Origin: a virus
Strand: one strand, 5' to 3'
Virus record (IMG/VR): IMGVR_UViG_3300030430_004105
Span: 19,219 to 83,218 of that record
DNA length: 64,000 nt
Part shown: piece after piece, positions 21,701-30,687 of the stretch
How positions within the stretch are numbered: the first letter of the stretch is position 1
Layout of the letters: every line of letters starts with the position of its first letter
Translations under genes and position numbers: made by a program
The notes under the pieces: generated by a model
The model's input: the letters and a program-made list of their open reading frames with translations, nothing else
The model's database searches: none
What the model was told of the DNA's origin: nothing

Positions 21701-24700
21701 ATACATTTTTACATACTCTTCAGGTTCTGATGGTATTACAAGATTGTCAGCATATGTGGCTGCCTCTCGCTTATATTCTTTCTTGATCGGATCAAATATG
21801 GCATCGATCACCACGTCGTTTGCAAAATCCATTGCTGGAATATCACTAGGCGATGGCATAAAAGAATCTGGATCACTGTTAAATGGCAAGTCAATATTGC
21901 CAGTTTTACCTATCGCATCAGACACATTATCTTTAATTTTATCTAATAAGTCTTGCATAATTTGTGCTATATCGTCTTCGCTGATTCCTTCATAATTTTC
22001 AGCCAATTCTTCACCCAGTGTCTTGACATCAGGATATGGAGATAGTCCATAATTCAATCCTAGGTTTTCACAAAGTTCTCCAATTGGAGCCCTACTGTCG
22101 TATATTGACTCTATCTCATCGATCAAATCTAGATCAACTAGTTCTGAGCATGTCTCCGAAACAGATTTTACTAATTCTTTGTCTAATATCAACTTCATTT
22201 TTGGATCTTGAACTAAAGCAAATATTTTTGAATACTCTCTGTCATCCGTATTACCTCTCATAAATTCAAAAACTTCTTTGGGCTTAAGTCCATCTGATAT
22301 TTGCTGCAACATATCTGCTATGTCTTGCTTAGAAATCGACAAGTCTCCCAATGAAGGCAAATCAATAGGATCCAAAACCCCTATTTTAATTCCAAGTTCT
22401 TCTATATCGCTACCTGTTCCGGTAATGTCTTCGAGTCTTCTCCTAGGAAGGAACTCAAAGTCTTTAAAATCAGGTAAAGTAAATGATGAGTTGCTTCTAG
22501 TTTCGCCTCTTCTCTTTAGTTCAGACAGTAAAGAATTTAGTTTGCCTTCAAATTTAGGCAACAAGCCTTCCAAGGCAAGATCAAATCCTGTTCCATTGCT
22601 AGCATCGAACAGTTCGCTTATACTTTCTCCACCAAAATCCGGAACGGACAAATCGAGCCCTCCTCTAAGAGATTCTAAGAGATTGTTCAATAAAATCTTA
22701 AAAGATGATACAAGGCTAGCCTCAATACCACTTTTTATATTGCTCTCGATTTGTTCCATGACACTTCCAAAAATGTCATCAATTCCACCAATTTCAAAAC
22801 TTGAGAAGTCAAAGTTTGGATTAACTGATTTTAAAGATTGCAGAGAAAAGCCTTTGTCAGATCTATTCAATTCTATGTCAATCCCTACTCCTGAATTTCT
22901 TTTAAACAACTTATTTCTAGTTTTTGACTCTTTATCAAACTCTAATCTGAATTTTGGTATTGATATTAGCGCTTGAAAAAAGTCAGTGCTTCCGTTTTCT
23001 TTGTCTCTTTTGAAGAGCCTTTTTATGCCCAAGTCAATAGGAGTTCTGAGTGAAGAAGATCCCAGTTTTTTTAAAGAAGCCTTAATGTCTAACTTCATTG
23101 ATTGAAAGTCTGGGGGATTCCTCAAAAGTTGCCCAATCTCTGGAAATTGTAAGTCTATTTCAGGGCATGGGTTGGTGAAGGTAGGTATTTCACCCTGTAG
23201 TATTTTACATATTATCTCTCTGGCAGATTCTTTCTCGAATACATCTCTGTACTTAAGATTCAAAAGCAAGGATATACAGTCTGTATAGCCAAGTTCATTA
23301 ATTTTATCTAAAACAAAGTCTGCAGCCTGTGTGGGGAGATTGTCCGTTAACATTCCTTGCAGATTTCCTTGATCATCGTAATGTAATATAAGACTAAGCA
23401 AATTCGTTTCAAATGTTTCTAGAATGGTTTCTATCTCTTCGAATCCAAAATCATAGTTAAGGCATATGTCTTCTAAAATAATCTTAAGATTTTCTTCGGT
23501 AAGGCTCTCAAAAATCATGTCAATCAATCTTTCATATTCCATTTTTTTCATAACTGCCCTAGCAATAATCTCATTGATATCTTGTACTCCCAATTCTTCT
23601 GATGCTTTTTCCAGAAGCAAAGAGGCTAAATCATCGACTGATATCTTGTCAAACACTAATTGATATAACGATTCTAGATCATCTATGTTTGCTATAATCT
23701 CAGGCAAGTTAAGCAAAAAGTTGTCTCCAATTTGATTTCTTGCTTTGCTAAGTATTTGAGACGTAACGTCTTTAAACTGTTCAGATTCTACTAAATTTGA
23801 CAAGTCAAGAGCATCTTTAGCGTCTTTAAAAGGATCTGTATATTGATCTTTAAATTGATTAAATGTATCTTCTAAGTCTGATATTGGAATATTGAGTCCT
23901 AAATTTTCTTTTAACTTGTTGAACAAGATTAAATAATCACCACCAAAGTACGTGGATAGAAATTGTTGCCATGGCATTCCTGATTCTTGAGAGTTCAGAA
24001 TATTTTTTGCATTTAACATCAACTTAGATATTTTTGTGTCAGTCACGAGAGATAGTTTGTTTATACCAATGTTCAAAAACTTGCCGGGATTCTCTCCGTC
24101 AAACATCGTTATATAAGCCAACTCTAAAGTCGTCGGATCAAACCCAAATTCCATTTTTGAGTCTGTGTTCAGATTCTCTAAAACATATCCATTCTCTTTT
24201 AATAAATTTTTAACTCCATTGAAAAACTCAAAGTTTTTGTCAGATAGTTTTTTCAGATCAATACCTTCAACAACCCCACTAAATTTGGAAATACTATTGT
24301 GATTTTTCTTGAGAACCTTACTTAAGTTTGAAATTATATTTGAAAAATCTCTAGATTTAAAATTCACAGACAATACATTTTCATAAAAATTTTGAAAATA
24401 TGCAATATTTCTGTCTGGTAGAGCGTCTAGATACTTTGATTTGATGGACAACACTAATTCATGTGAGGCACCTTTTCTTGTTGGAGTCAATATCTCTTCG
24501 AAGTTTATAAACCCAAATGCATCTCTGAGTTTTCCAATATCCGCATCAGCAACATCTTTGCCATAATAGTCTAGTATCTCTTTTACACCTAGTAGTTTGA
24601 AATCTTCTATTCTGTTCATGACTTCTTCTTTGTTTTTCATTCCGGTATCAAACTTTACCAAATAAGAATCATCTTTAAAAAAAGGAATATTAAATCCTGC

Positions 24701-25153
24701 AGACTTAAAATCCGAAAATCGATCAAAGACTACTCTTTTTAATTTCTTGAACGGCTTAATTCTAGACATTGGATAATCTGGATTATTTAAAAACTGAACA
24801 TCACTCTCTTTCAAAAAGTATCTTTCTTGATTACTATCTTCAAACAGCCCAAACTCAAAATTTTCACCAAGATCTAGTTCTATTGCTTTTAGTTGAATTC
24901 CGTCTGTTAATTGCCCAACAGGCAATGCCCCAGCGTCGAAAGAAGAAAAGATCTTTGTAATTGATTGACAAAAGTGTGTCGCTCCTTCAAAATTAGGTGT
25001 AGGTAATTCAATCTTGCCATCTAGTGGAGGGCTTATAAAGTTCAAATCAGACTCTTCCGAGGTTGATCGAAGTCTTTCCATGTATTCCTCTTTTGCATTA
25101 TCAAGACGCTGTTGGACTGATAATTCTTCTCTTGTCCCTTCTACTCCTGCCAT
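18704..25153 (-). CDS. Very large (2,149 aa) acidic, helical protein of the baseplate/tail module
   Basis: Long ORF with a GGAG RBS between spike genes and gp25; no recognisable catalytic motif. Confidence 0.75.
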   Translation of the reverse strand: MAGVEGTREELSVQQRLDNAKEEYMERLRSTSEESDLNFISPPLDGKIELPTPNFEGATHFCQSITKIFSSFDAGALPVGQLTDGIQLKAIELDLGENFEFGLFEDSNQERYFLKESDVQFLNNPDYPMSRIKPFKKLKRVVFDRFSDFKSAGFNIPFFKDDSYLVKFDTGMKNKEEVMNRIEDFKLLGVKEILDYYGKDVADADIGKLRDAFGFINFEEILTPTRKGASHELVLSIKSKYLDALPDRNIAYFQNFYENVLSVNFKSRDFSNIISNLSKVLKKNHNSISKFSGVVEGIDLKKLSDKNFEFFNGVKNLLKENGYVLENLNTDSKMEFGFDPTTLELAYITMFDGENPGKFLNIGINKLSLVTDTKISKLMLNAKNILNSQESGMPWQQFLSTYFGGDYLILFNKLKENLGLNIPISDLEDTFNQFKDQYTDPFKDAKDALDLSNLVESEQFKDVTSQILSKARNQIGDNFLLNLPEIIANIDDLESLYQLVFDKISVDDLASLLLEKASEELGVQDINEIIARAVMKKMEYERLIDMIFESLTEENLKIILEDICLNYDFGFEEIETILETFETNLLSLILHYDDQGNLQGMLTDNLPTQAADFVLDKINELGYTDCISLLLNLKYRDVFEKESAREIICKILQGEIPTFTNPCPEIDLQFPEIGQLLRNPPDFQSMKLDIKASLKKLGSSSLRTPIDLGIKRLFKRDKENGSTDFFQALISIPKFRLEFDKESKTRNKLFKRNSGVGIDIELNRSDKGFSLQSLKSVNPNFDFSSFEIGGIDDIFGSVMEQIESNIKSGIEASLVSSFKILLNNLLESLRGGLDLSVPDFGGESISELFDASNGTGFDLALEGLLPKFEGKLNSLLSELKRRGETRSNSSFTLPDFKDFEFLPRRRLEDITGTGSDIEELGIKIGVLDPIDLPSLGDLSISKQDIADMLQQISDGLKPKEVFEFMRGNTDDREYSKIFALVQDPKMKLILDKELVKSVSETCSELVDLDLIDEIESIYDSRAPIGELCENLGLNYGLSPYPDVKTLGEELAENYEGISEDDIAQIMQDLLDKIKDNVSDAIGKTGNIDLPFNSDPDSFMPSPSDIPAMDFANDVVIDAIFDPIKKEYKREAATYADNLVIPSEPEEYVKMYFEYGDGIVTGFSTEDGLQVEPVRESFKYNLEFETYYKNLETKLYKKSGNEFIEYEGGIEVVENVSAANYGENKYIKSDDAEKGNIYVKKDTIELQPPDLKGFLRTFEINITTDTGDYLYLNNKRGNNGDVELEYTGSSRVLTISEDECLEDSVSEIKNTQNPYTLFKDNIRSNLNDMYRGQTYKYEIRNDLELIFKNINEHVVKTLRSLYRDYSTLNSVQRLYTMVIDSERVDLLDIESIKNVAKEDYNSNFTFKEGEENQMTKSILQGLVYANFKIYTIELLLRGYFALDLFYNPDDMPNQFPQRVKSAFENDFEDYPDYISKINDIIKYDSIPLQYTSMMEKIYTEVVSEMGLIFEDAKRTAFSLFALEGNDFVYFISPDEDLTTQLLNRYLKGKKYVVNTYFLNQETGEELPRRTNLSALPDELEYQPQRFRLSHLTRLDDVEIDDRFEFAELDITEVNASRQILNYYGRIEEDGSPNYYENSDSLPLVAKTSGSVSQTLLFPIYGEFNRNEGFNVSEIKRSQTLSVIPIFDSDSEDTIVDEFISKYTMFSDLNDIIIATISNEVAKQAPQILTAFASTKDAIRMTFQSLKNSEKTFDNDDKALELSISNYPEESATNPDFSNIARKMALQTVPLILKGIAEKFDTNTQIGSTIRTGADLAGIYIPPQIASLIAFGISNFTIPPNPIGLMYLATGYLEPKERKRIKEMVNNRNTKQDVATGDTDSILEQLENVNRIVEEQMRQEELDIYTSVIETFINEYKAIEDLYFEGGYPEDTDGYPQPKDGRNRDDVFPTRDLTSITESAFSPSGSLSERLEQLITRASDLLLQYALLIGFNLLDNEEFSDDAIEKELFVQEDFTKFKLFLQNSLKANFWICEGLNMIALIYYNTNPAVEDVYPPPQEKPVDIDVTYNPRSGGKSATDIYSNYESKRDSEKRNYLEVVDKTATKTRHKLAKWKYSSHEIFDQTETYTYDIWTQLITYVSDKVIPYLKDNGY

Positions 25154-25165
25154 TTTATTCTCCTT

Positions 25166-26101
25166 TTAGTTTGTAGTGTTAAAACTGCTGTTGATATACT
25201 TAGCACCTGATACAGCGTAGTATGTTTGCTTATGAAATTTAAGATTTGTTCTAAATTTAACCAAACTAGGTATTGTCTTGGTACCTAAGTTTGCCGCAAC
25301 TTCTGCACCAGCCGGGATTAATATTTCAGATGGTGCCGTTGGTACTCCATAAAAAGGAGATATGTGAGTATGTCCTGATACTTTTGCATTAAACTTCATT
25401 TGATATGTTATCGCTGATGATAAGATTCCTGATAGTTTATCTACTTGATCGCAAAGTTTGTTCAATGACTCGTTCACATTGTCTCCCAAAACAAGCGGTT
25501 GGAGGCTCTCACCGTCGTTTCCTGCTATCAAATCAATCCCAGAGACAGAATATATATCCTCTCCATTAGAATCCTTTAAATCAGTACCTGTGACGATCTT
25601 AACACCATCTCTGGAGATGATCCTTACTGCGTCTGATTTGATTGCTAATCCTGCTTTGGCAATTGAATTACCAACCTTGCCTTCTGATAGATCAAAATTG
25701 TCATCAATATCTGTCTTTTGGCTGACATATATACGGCTTGCATCCAGTTTAAAACTAGGATCTACAATTATTTTATTGCCATAATCGTCTTTGTACCTAG
25801 GCTTGTGGGACATTCTGCCAACAACTACATCAATTGTGCCAGCACCAGAGTCCCCTCTGCCGCCATACCCAGACAATATAGATCCGGGACGATCTTTGCC
25901 TATCACCATATAAGCATTTGTTCCGTTTTCTAATACTCTCTCGGCTGCTGCTTGATAGAAATCTGGAAATGCTTCTGTTACTTTTTTCCCGGCAGATCCT
26001 TTACCTATCGCTTGATTTATGTAGGATGGAGAACTGTCAAGTTTTTTTCTAAGTTTGTCGTCAATATTGTTTAATTCTAGTGCTTTTTTGAATCTAGGCA
26101 T
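25166..26101 (-). CDS. Putative central spike (gp5-C / gpV / gp138-like beta-helix with HxH tip)
   Basis: Beta-rich repeats (IKSDAVRIISRDGVKIVTG), PLVLGD and the GHTH metal-binding tip motif. Confidence 0.65.
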   Translation of the reverse strand: MPRFKKALELNNIDDKLRKKLDSSPSYINQAIGKGSAGKKVTEAFPDFYQAAAERVLENGTNAYMVIGKDRPGSILSGYGGRGDSGAGTIDVVVGRMSHKPRYKDDYGNKIIVDPSFKLDASRIYVSQKTDIDDNFDLSEGKVGNSIAKAGLAIKSDAVRIISRDGVKIVTGTDLKDSNGEDIYSVSGIDLIAGNDGESLQPLVLGDNVNESLNKLCDQVDKLSGILSSAITYQMKFNAKVSGHTHISPFYGVPTAPSEILIPAGAEVAANLGTKTIPSLVKFRTNLKFHKQTYYAVSGAKYINSSFNTTN

Positions 26102-26128
26102 CGTTTTTCCTCATATATCTAATTATCT

Positions 26129-28438
26129 CTACCTTGGAAAAGTGATGTGAATATGTTCTTGATAATCTTCTACCTTAAAGCCTGCTCCAAGTTCTCTACA
26201 TGCCTGAATTACCACTTTAACAAATCTAGATTTCGCCATCGTTTCCTCGTCTAGTCTCTGTCCATCATACTGCTTTATACCTTCTGCAAGCAAATGAGTA
26301 TTTGTTCTAAAATCAATCCCATTGCCATAAAGGTGTCCACTTCCTCCCTTTGCTACTCTTTGTTTAACACGAGCAACTGCAGTTGCGTAGTTAGGATGAG
26401 TTAAAGAAGATTTAAATTGACTCTCCGCTTGTTCTTCGGTTAATCCACTCCCGATAATCTCAACTCCGGTACCATAAGGGTAGAGATCGACAACCGCATT
26501 TGCCCATGCCGTACTTGGGGGATCCTTACTGCTGTATAAATCTTTTATCTGATATGCTGTTTTGTTTTTTCTTTTATCCCACATCAAATACACCTGCTGT
26601 TCAGGAGTTCTAGTGGTTGATGTGACATATAATTTTTTATGAGTTGTGGAAGAAAATATAGGATCTGTTAGGGGAATCTTTTGGTATACTTTTTGTGCCA
26701 GTTTGTTCGCAAAATCGACATGAAGTTGCGTGAAGATCCTATCCGGAGCAGCAGTCCAAAGAAGATTTTCTCTGCCTACTATACTATCAAACCTAAACGA
26801 TGGCTGGGGTGGATCTCCTGTGGCTGTAGCGTAACTTACGGCTCCTGCTGCAGAGGGAGAACATTGAAGTCCGGGAGTAAACCCGTTTGTTGGAGGGCTT
26901 ACAGCCTTAATGTCTTGTGAGCCTTGGGCTTCAGAATTGAAAGTTGGGGGCTCTTTTTCGTCTTGAGTAACTGATCTAGAATCAAGATTTGCTTTTGGTA
27001 TCTGTATGGTTTCTTCTGTAGTACTTAGTAAGTTTTGTAAATCACCAACCTTTTCATCTATGACTTTTACAAAGTCTTGGCTCAGCATACCATAATCTAA
27101 AAATCCGTACTTCTCCATCGATAGTGATGTATTCATTTCGCTTCTTAGTCTTTCCGGGCTTCTTGTTCCATCATCGCATCGCTCTCCAGTCACAGATGGT
27201 AAAAAATTATATCCATTCAAATGATACAATCCATACCCAAATGGTGCTTGGCTTTCTTCTATAGGCGCCTCAAAACGATTTATTTCATAATTATCGACAT
27301 GATTTCTGAGGACATACGCTATGTCTAAATCTTCTGTAAACGAGAAAGTTGACATTGGATCAGTCATTAACGCTCCAAAACTTAATCCCAATTCCTTCAC
27401 AAAACTAGACAGCCTGATGCTGAATTGGTATGATTGATCTTCGTTCCAATCACCGGTGGCTTCAAAGAAAACTCCTCTTGTATTTATTTTTTTAACTATA
27501 TCTAGCATATGCCCAACAGCAGCACTAGAGTTTTCATAATTCGTAGATATCCAAATATAAACTCCGACATTGTTCTCAGATAGTATTTCAGCAACCTGCT
27601 TCAATCTTTGGAAATCTATCAATAGTTCAGCCTGATTTGCGACTTGAATTGATACATTGAAGACTTTCTTCTCCTTGATAATATTGTAGGTTTGAGAGTA
27701 GTTACGAAACTCAGTCATGGTGTTAAAATCTGAAATAGAAACAAAATAATTTGAAACTAGTTGATTATCGTCAACATCTTTCTTGAAGTCTACACCCGTA
27801 GAAGTAGATTCTATCGCAGGATCTCCAGTTATTTGAGTTGAGTAAGAAGTTTGTGTGTCTCCTGAAGCCTGAGCGCTGTTTAAAGACGGAACTGCAGAGT
27901 TGAAAGTGTCGGACGTGCTACAATCAACCTCAGTCGCTGGTGTTGAATTTTGAGATCCCTTTGTGACAACTGAGGTTATGAAGCCATCTCTGAAGTTGTT
28001 TTTATCAGCAAAGTCAACGTCCACAATATCTCCCACTTCTGGAATGGATCCATCAGTAGACTGGAACAAAAGAGCAATTGGATGCTTATTGATAGCCGCT
28101 TGATCGCTTGGATCTGCTGGCTCTGGAAGGTGAGCATGTAGTTCAGGAACTCTAATTCTTATTTCTGCGAATGGTACAGCCTTGTCGTCAACTGCCATAG
28201 CAATTGTTTTAGAATACTTCCAACTAGTGTTAGGGGTGTTTTCAAATTTTGAAACAACCTCTAGTACAACTGCCTTCATAGTGCCAATCTGCTCAAAGGC
28301 ATCTGGACTATATGAGTCTCTAATTAATCTCTTAGATTGCCTTAATACAGACTGATTTTGTCTGTCACTAAATGCAGCCCTAGATCTTCTAGGTGTTATA
28401 CTGTTGAGTTGATTTACCGGTGGTATGAACTTTCCCAT
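26129..28438 (-). CDS. gp5-like OB-fold hub protein with a C-terminal M15-type Zn peptidoglycan peptidase
   Basis: N-term IRIRVPELH...IPEVGDIVDVDF (gp5/VgrG OB-like); C-term VTSTTRTPEQQ...SGHLYGNGIDFR...EHIHI (S-x-H-x6-D plus HxH). Confidence 0.7.
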   Translation of the reverse strand: MGKFIPPVNQLNSITPRRSRAAFSDRQNQSVLRQSKRLIRDSYSPDAFEQIGTMKAVVLEVVSKFENTPNTSWKYSKTIAMAVDDKAVPFAEIRIRVPELHAHLPEPADPSDQAAINKHPIALLFQSTDGSIPEVGDIVDVDFADKNNFRDGFITSVVTKGSQNSTPATEVDCSTSDTFNSAVPSLNSAQASGDTQTSYSTQITGDPAIESTSTGVDFKKDVDDNQLVSNYFVSISDFNTMTEFRNYSQTYNIIKEKKVFNVSIQVANQAELLIDFQRLKQVAEILSENNVGVYIWISTNYENSSAAVGHMLDIVKKINTRGVFFEATGDWNEDQSYQFSIRLSSFVKELGLSFGALMTDPMSTFSFTEDLDIAYVLRNHVDNYEINRFEAPIEESQAPFGYGLYHLNGYNFLPSVTGERCDDGTRSPERLRSEMNTSLSMEKYGFLDYGMLSQDFVKVIDEKVGDLQNLLSTTEETIQIPKANLDSRSVTQDEKEPPTFNSEAQGSQDIKAVSPPTNGFTPGLQCSPSAAGAVSYATATGDPPQPSFRFDSIVGRENLLWTAAPDRIFTQLHVDFANKLAQKVYQKIPLTDPIFSSTTHKKLYVTSTTRTPEQQVYLMWDKRKNKTAYQIKDLYSSKDPPSTAWANAVVDLYPYGTGVEIIGSGLTEEQAESQFKSSLTHPNYATAVARVKQRVAKGGSGHLYGNGIDFRTNTHLLAEGIKQYDGQRLDEETMAKSRFVKVVIQACRELGAGFKVEDYQEHIHITFPR

Positions 28439-28441
28439 TCA

Positions 28442-28744
28442 TTATTTCTCCTTATCATCTTTTTGAATCATATCATAGATATCATCCTTGTCTTCTCCGG
28501 AGAAACTGAACACAGAATCTTTCTTCTCATCTTTTTGGATCAATCCAGCAAGTTTGACTAACTGTTCATTTGATCTTTGAAGTGTCTCTACGTATTTTGC
28601 TGCAGCCAATGACACTTCTTTATGATTGTGTTCGCTTTGCCCTGCAATTACAATAAGATCGCTCAACAACTCTTGGGTTATCTCACGATCTTTTCTTATG
28701 TTTTCAACTGCTTCTTCTATAAATTTATTAAGCCTCTTAGACAT
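28442..28744 (-). CDS. Conserved helical hypothetical protein
   Basis: 100 aa ORF with RBS, translationally coupled to the sigma-like gene. Confidence 0.75.
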   Translation of the reverse strand: MSKRLNKFIEEAVENIRKDREITQELLSDLIVIAGQSEHNHKEVSLAAAKYVETLQRSNEQLVKLAGLIQKDEKKDSVFSFSGEDKDDIYDMIQKDDKEK

Positions 28745-29433
28745 TATTCCTCACCATTCTCATACCTAGTTTTAAAATCAGAGTATTTCTCTCTCATCTT
28801 AGACAACTGAGAAACAATTTGCTTGGTGTTTAGTCCAGTTATCTCTCTCAGGTACAAGTAAATAGCCTTTTTGTTAAATATTTCAATCTTATCAGCATTA
28901 TCAATAAGGGTATTGATAGCATCATATACTTTTCTTTCATTCGGGCGCATCGTGACAGATTCCCAAGACGCTATTTCTTCTTTCAAAAGCCTCATGAACT
29001 CCTGCCTCTCTCTGTTTTCGTGATAAACATCTTCTATGCCGGGCTCAAATCCATTTGCGACTTGCCCTTCTAGTGATGTCTCTCTTTGATTTTTCTTTTT
29101 ATTCTTTTTTACTTGAGCGATAAACCAGTTTTTGGTAATCACTGAGAAATAAGAGAATGCTTTATGTCCTTTTTCGGGCTTGAATTTGTGCAAAATAGTT
29201 ACCAACATAACCTTGCAGTCTTGTTGCAATTCGGAAATGTTTGGCAACGATGTAAATTTATATGTGTATACAATTTTGTCAACCATCTCATCCAGTGCTG
29301 GATGTATTAGGGTTTCGTAAAGTTCAGATTTCCTCTTCAAATCTGTTTCTGGATTATTAAATTCAATAATCGCATCTTCATGCACTTTTGTGAAGTACAT
29401 TCTTTTGGTTCTAGGCTTTCTCGTCTTCGCCAT
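28744..29433 (-). CDS. Phage sigma factor, gp55-like late sigma
   Basis: YFTKVHEDAIIEFN...LHKFKPEKGHKAFSYFSVITKNWFI resembles sigma region 2 of gp55-like proteins. Start moved to 29433 (AGGAGG RBS). Confidence 0.7.
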   Translation of the reverse strand: MAKTRKPRTKRMYFTKVHEDAIIEFNNPETDLKRKSELYETLIHPALDEMVDKIVYTYKFTSLPNISELQQDCKVMLVTILHKFKPEKGHKAFSYFSVITKNWFIAQVKKNKKKNQRETSLEGQVANGFEPGIEDVYHENRERQEFMRLLKEEIASWESVTMRPNERKVYDAINTLIDNADKIEIFNKKAIYLYLREITGLNTKQIVSQLSKMREKYSDFKTRYENGEE

Positions 29434-29722
29434 CGTTATCCTCCTGTAGATCATCTTCGAACACAACCATAACTTGAGAATAGTTTTCTATATCTCCTGC
29501 AAGCCTTTTCATATGCTCAACTAAGGATGAAATGGTTGGATCTCCATAAAAGGATTCGACTTTGTTAATAGCCCTTAGATGAGTGGCAAACTCAAGTAAC
29601 TTTGATTTCAGTTCTAAAAACTGATCTTCAATGGAAATTAAGTTTCTTAAAAGTTTGTAAATATACCACCCCAAAAGAGCATTGATAAGGATTGAAAGTC
29701 CTAAGATAATGTATAAAATCAT
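29411..29722 (-). CDS. Membrane-anchored coiled-coil protein
   Basis: N-terminal TM helix MILYIILGLSILINALLGWYIY. Confidence 0.7.
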   Translation of the reverse strand: MILYIILGLSILINALLGWYIYKLLRNLISIEDQFLELKSKLLEFATHLRAINKVESFYGDPTISSLVEHMKRLAGDIENYSQVMVVFEDDLQEDNDGEDEKA

Positions 29723-29970
29723 AATTTAAAATTCCTGTCAATATTCTTTTTGTACTCCTTTACTTCTTTTTTAGTCTCTTCGATTGTACGATTTACAACA
29801 TCGCCAACTTTTTGCTTAGGAGTATTGATTGTAACTTCCCCTAACAACGCAGGAATACGAACAGCCGAAGGAGCATCACAAACATTACAATTCGTGTGCT
29901 CCTCAGTCATTCCATGCCAGACTTCATATTCGCTTTCACAAGCGTCACAGCGGTATGAATACTTAGGCAT
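29719..29970 (-). CDS. FmdB-family zinc-ribbon protein
   Basis: MPKYSYRCDAC...CNVC. Confidence 0.85.
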   Translation of the reverse strand: MPKYSYRCDACESEYEVWHGMTEEHTNCNVCDAPSAVRIPALLGEVTINTPKQKVGDVVNRTIEETKKEVKEYKKNIDRNFKL

Positions 29971-30197
29971 TATTGTACACTCGTCTCGATTGTCTCACCT
30001 TTTGAAAGACTATCAGAATTAGTCCTTAAGATGGGTGGATTAATCACAACAATGCCCTCAGTTGGGTGTACAGTCAACTTCAAGCCTTTAAGCACAGGCA
30101 CGATATCAGTTTGATTTAGAAGACTATTTTGCAAAGCCATCATAATCGCTCCTAATGCTTGATCAGATAAATGTGTAGTTTGAACTTCAGTGCTCAT
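29970..30197 (-). CDS. Hypothetical protein
   Basis: 75 aa, AAGGAG RBS, directly downstream of a class-I promoter. Confidence 0.75.
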   Translation of the reverse strand: MSTEVQTTHLSDQALGAIMMALQNSLLNQTDIVPVLKGLKLTVHPTEGIVVINPPILRTNSDSLSKGETIETSVQ

Positions 30198-30215
30198 GTT
30201 TTTCTCCTTTTACTT

Positions 30216-30245
30216 ATTATACGATTCAGATATCGATTTTATTCA
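30216..30245 (-). promoter_or_regulatory. Class-I promoter TGAATAAA-N9-TGAATCG-TATAAT
   Basis: One of nine copies of a fixed-spacing bipartite motif. Confidence 0.8.
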
Positions 30246-30687
30246 AATATTTTGTTACATAATCCGTACAAATGTAATCGTACTTCTGTTCGTCAATATC
30301 CGGATATCTTTCTGGGAATAGAAACACAGTGTTTTTGCCACTAGTCTCTTTATTAGGGTATGCCCAGATATGCCCTTTAGATGTTATTGTATAATCATCT
30401 TCTTGGTGCCAAAAACAATGTATTTCAGAAGCCAACATTCGCTCTAGAGCATCTTTGTTTTTAGCATGGCACCAAAGCCCTTCTTGCTTAAGGAAAGTCT
30501 CTTGGATTTGATATTTGGGACTGTCATGTCCTAACAAATATTTTTCATCGATATACCAAACATCTATTTCAACATGAAAACCAGAATCCAGCAATGCTTG
30601 GATCGCTGCTGGGTGGTTTTCTACGGTTGTATCTTCTCCTTCGGTATATGCTCTGTGAGAAATAATTATCACTCTGTTAATCCCCAT
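30226..30687 (-). CDS. GDPD/PLC-like phosphodiesterase (minimal TIM barrel)
   Basis: IISHRA...EN...VEIDVW...LGHD...WCHAKN...ICTDY. Confidence 0.8.
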   Translation of the reverse strand: MGINRVIIISHRAYTEGEDTTVENHPAAIQALLDSGFHVEIDVWYIDEKYLLGHDSPKYQIQETFLKQEGLWCHAKNKDALERMLASEIHCFWHQEDDYTITSKGHIWAYPNKETSGKNTVFLFPERYPDIDEQKYDYICTDYVTKYLNKIDI

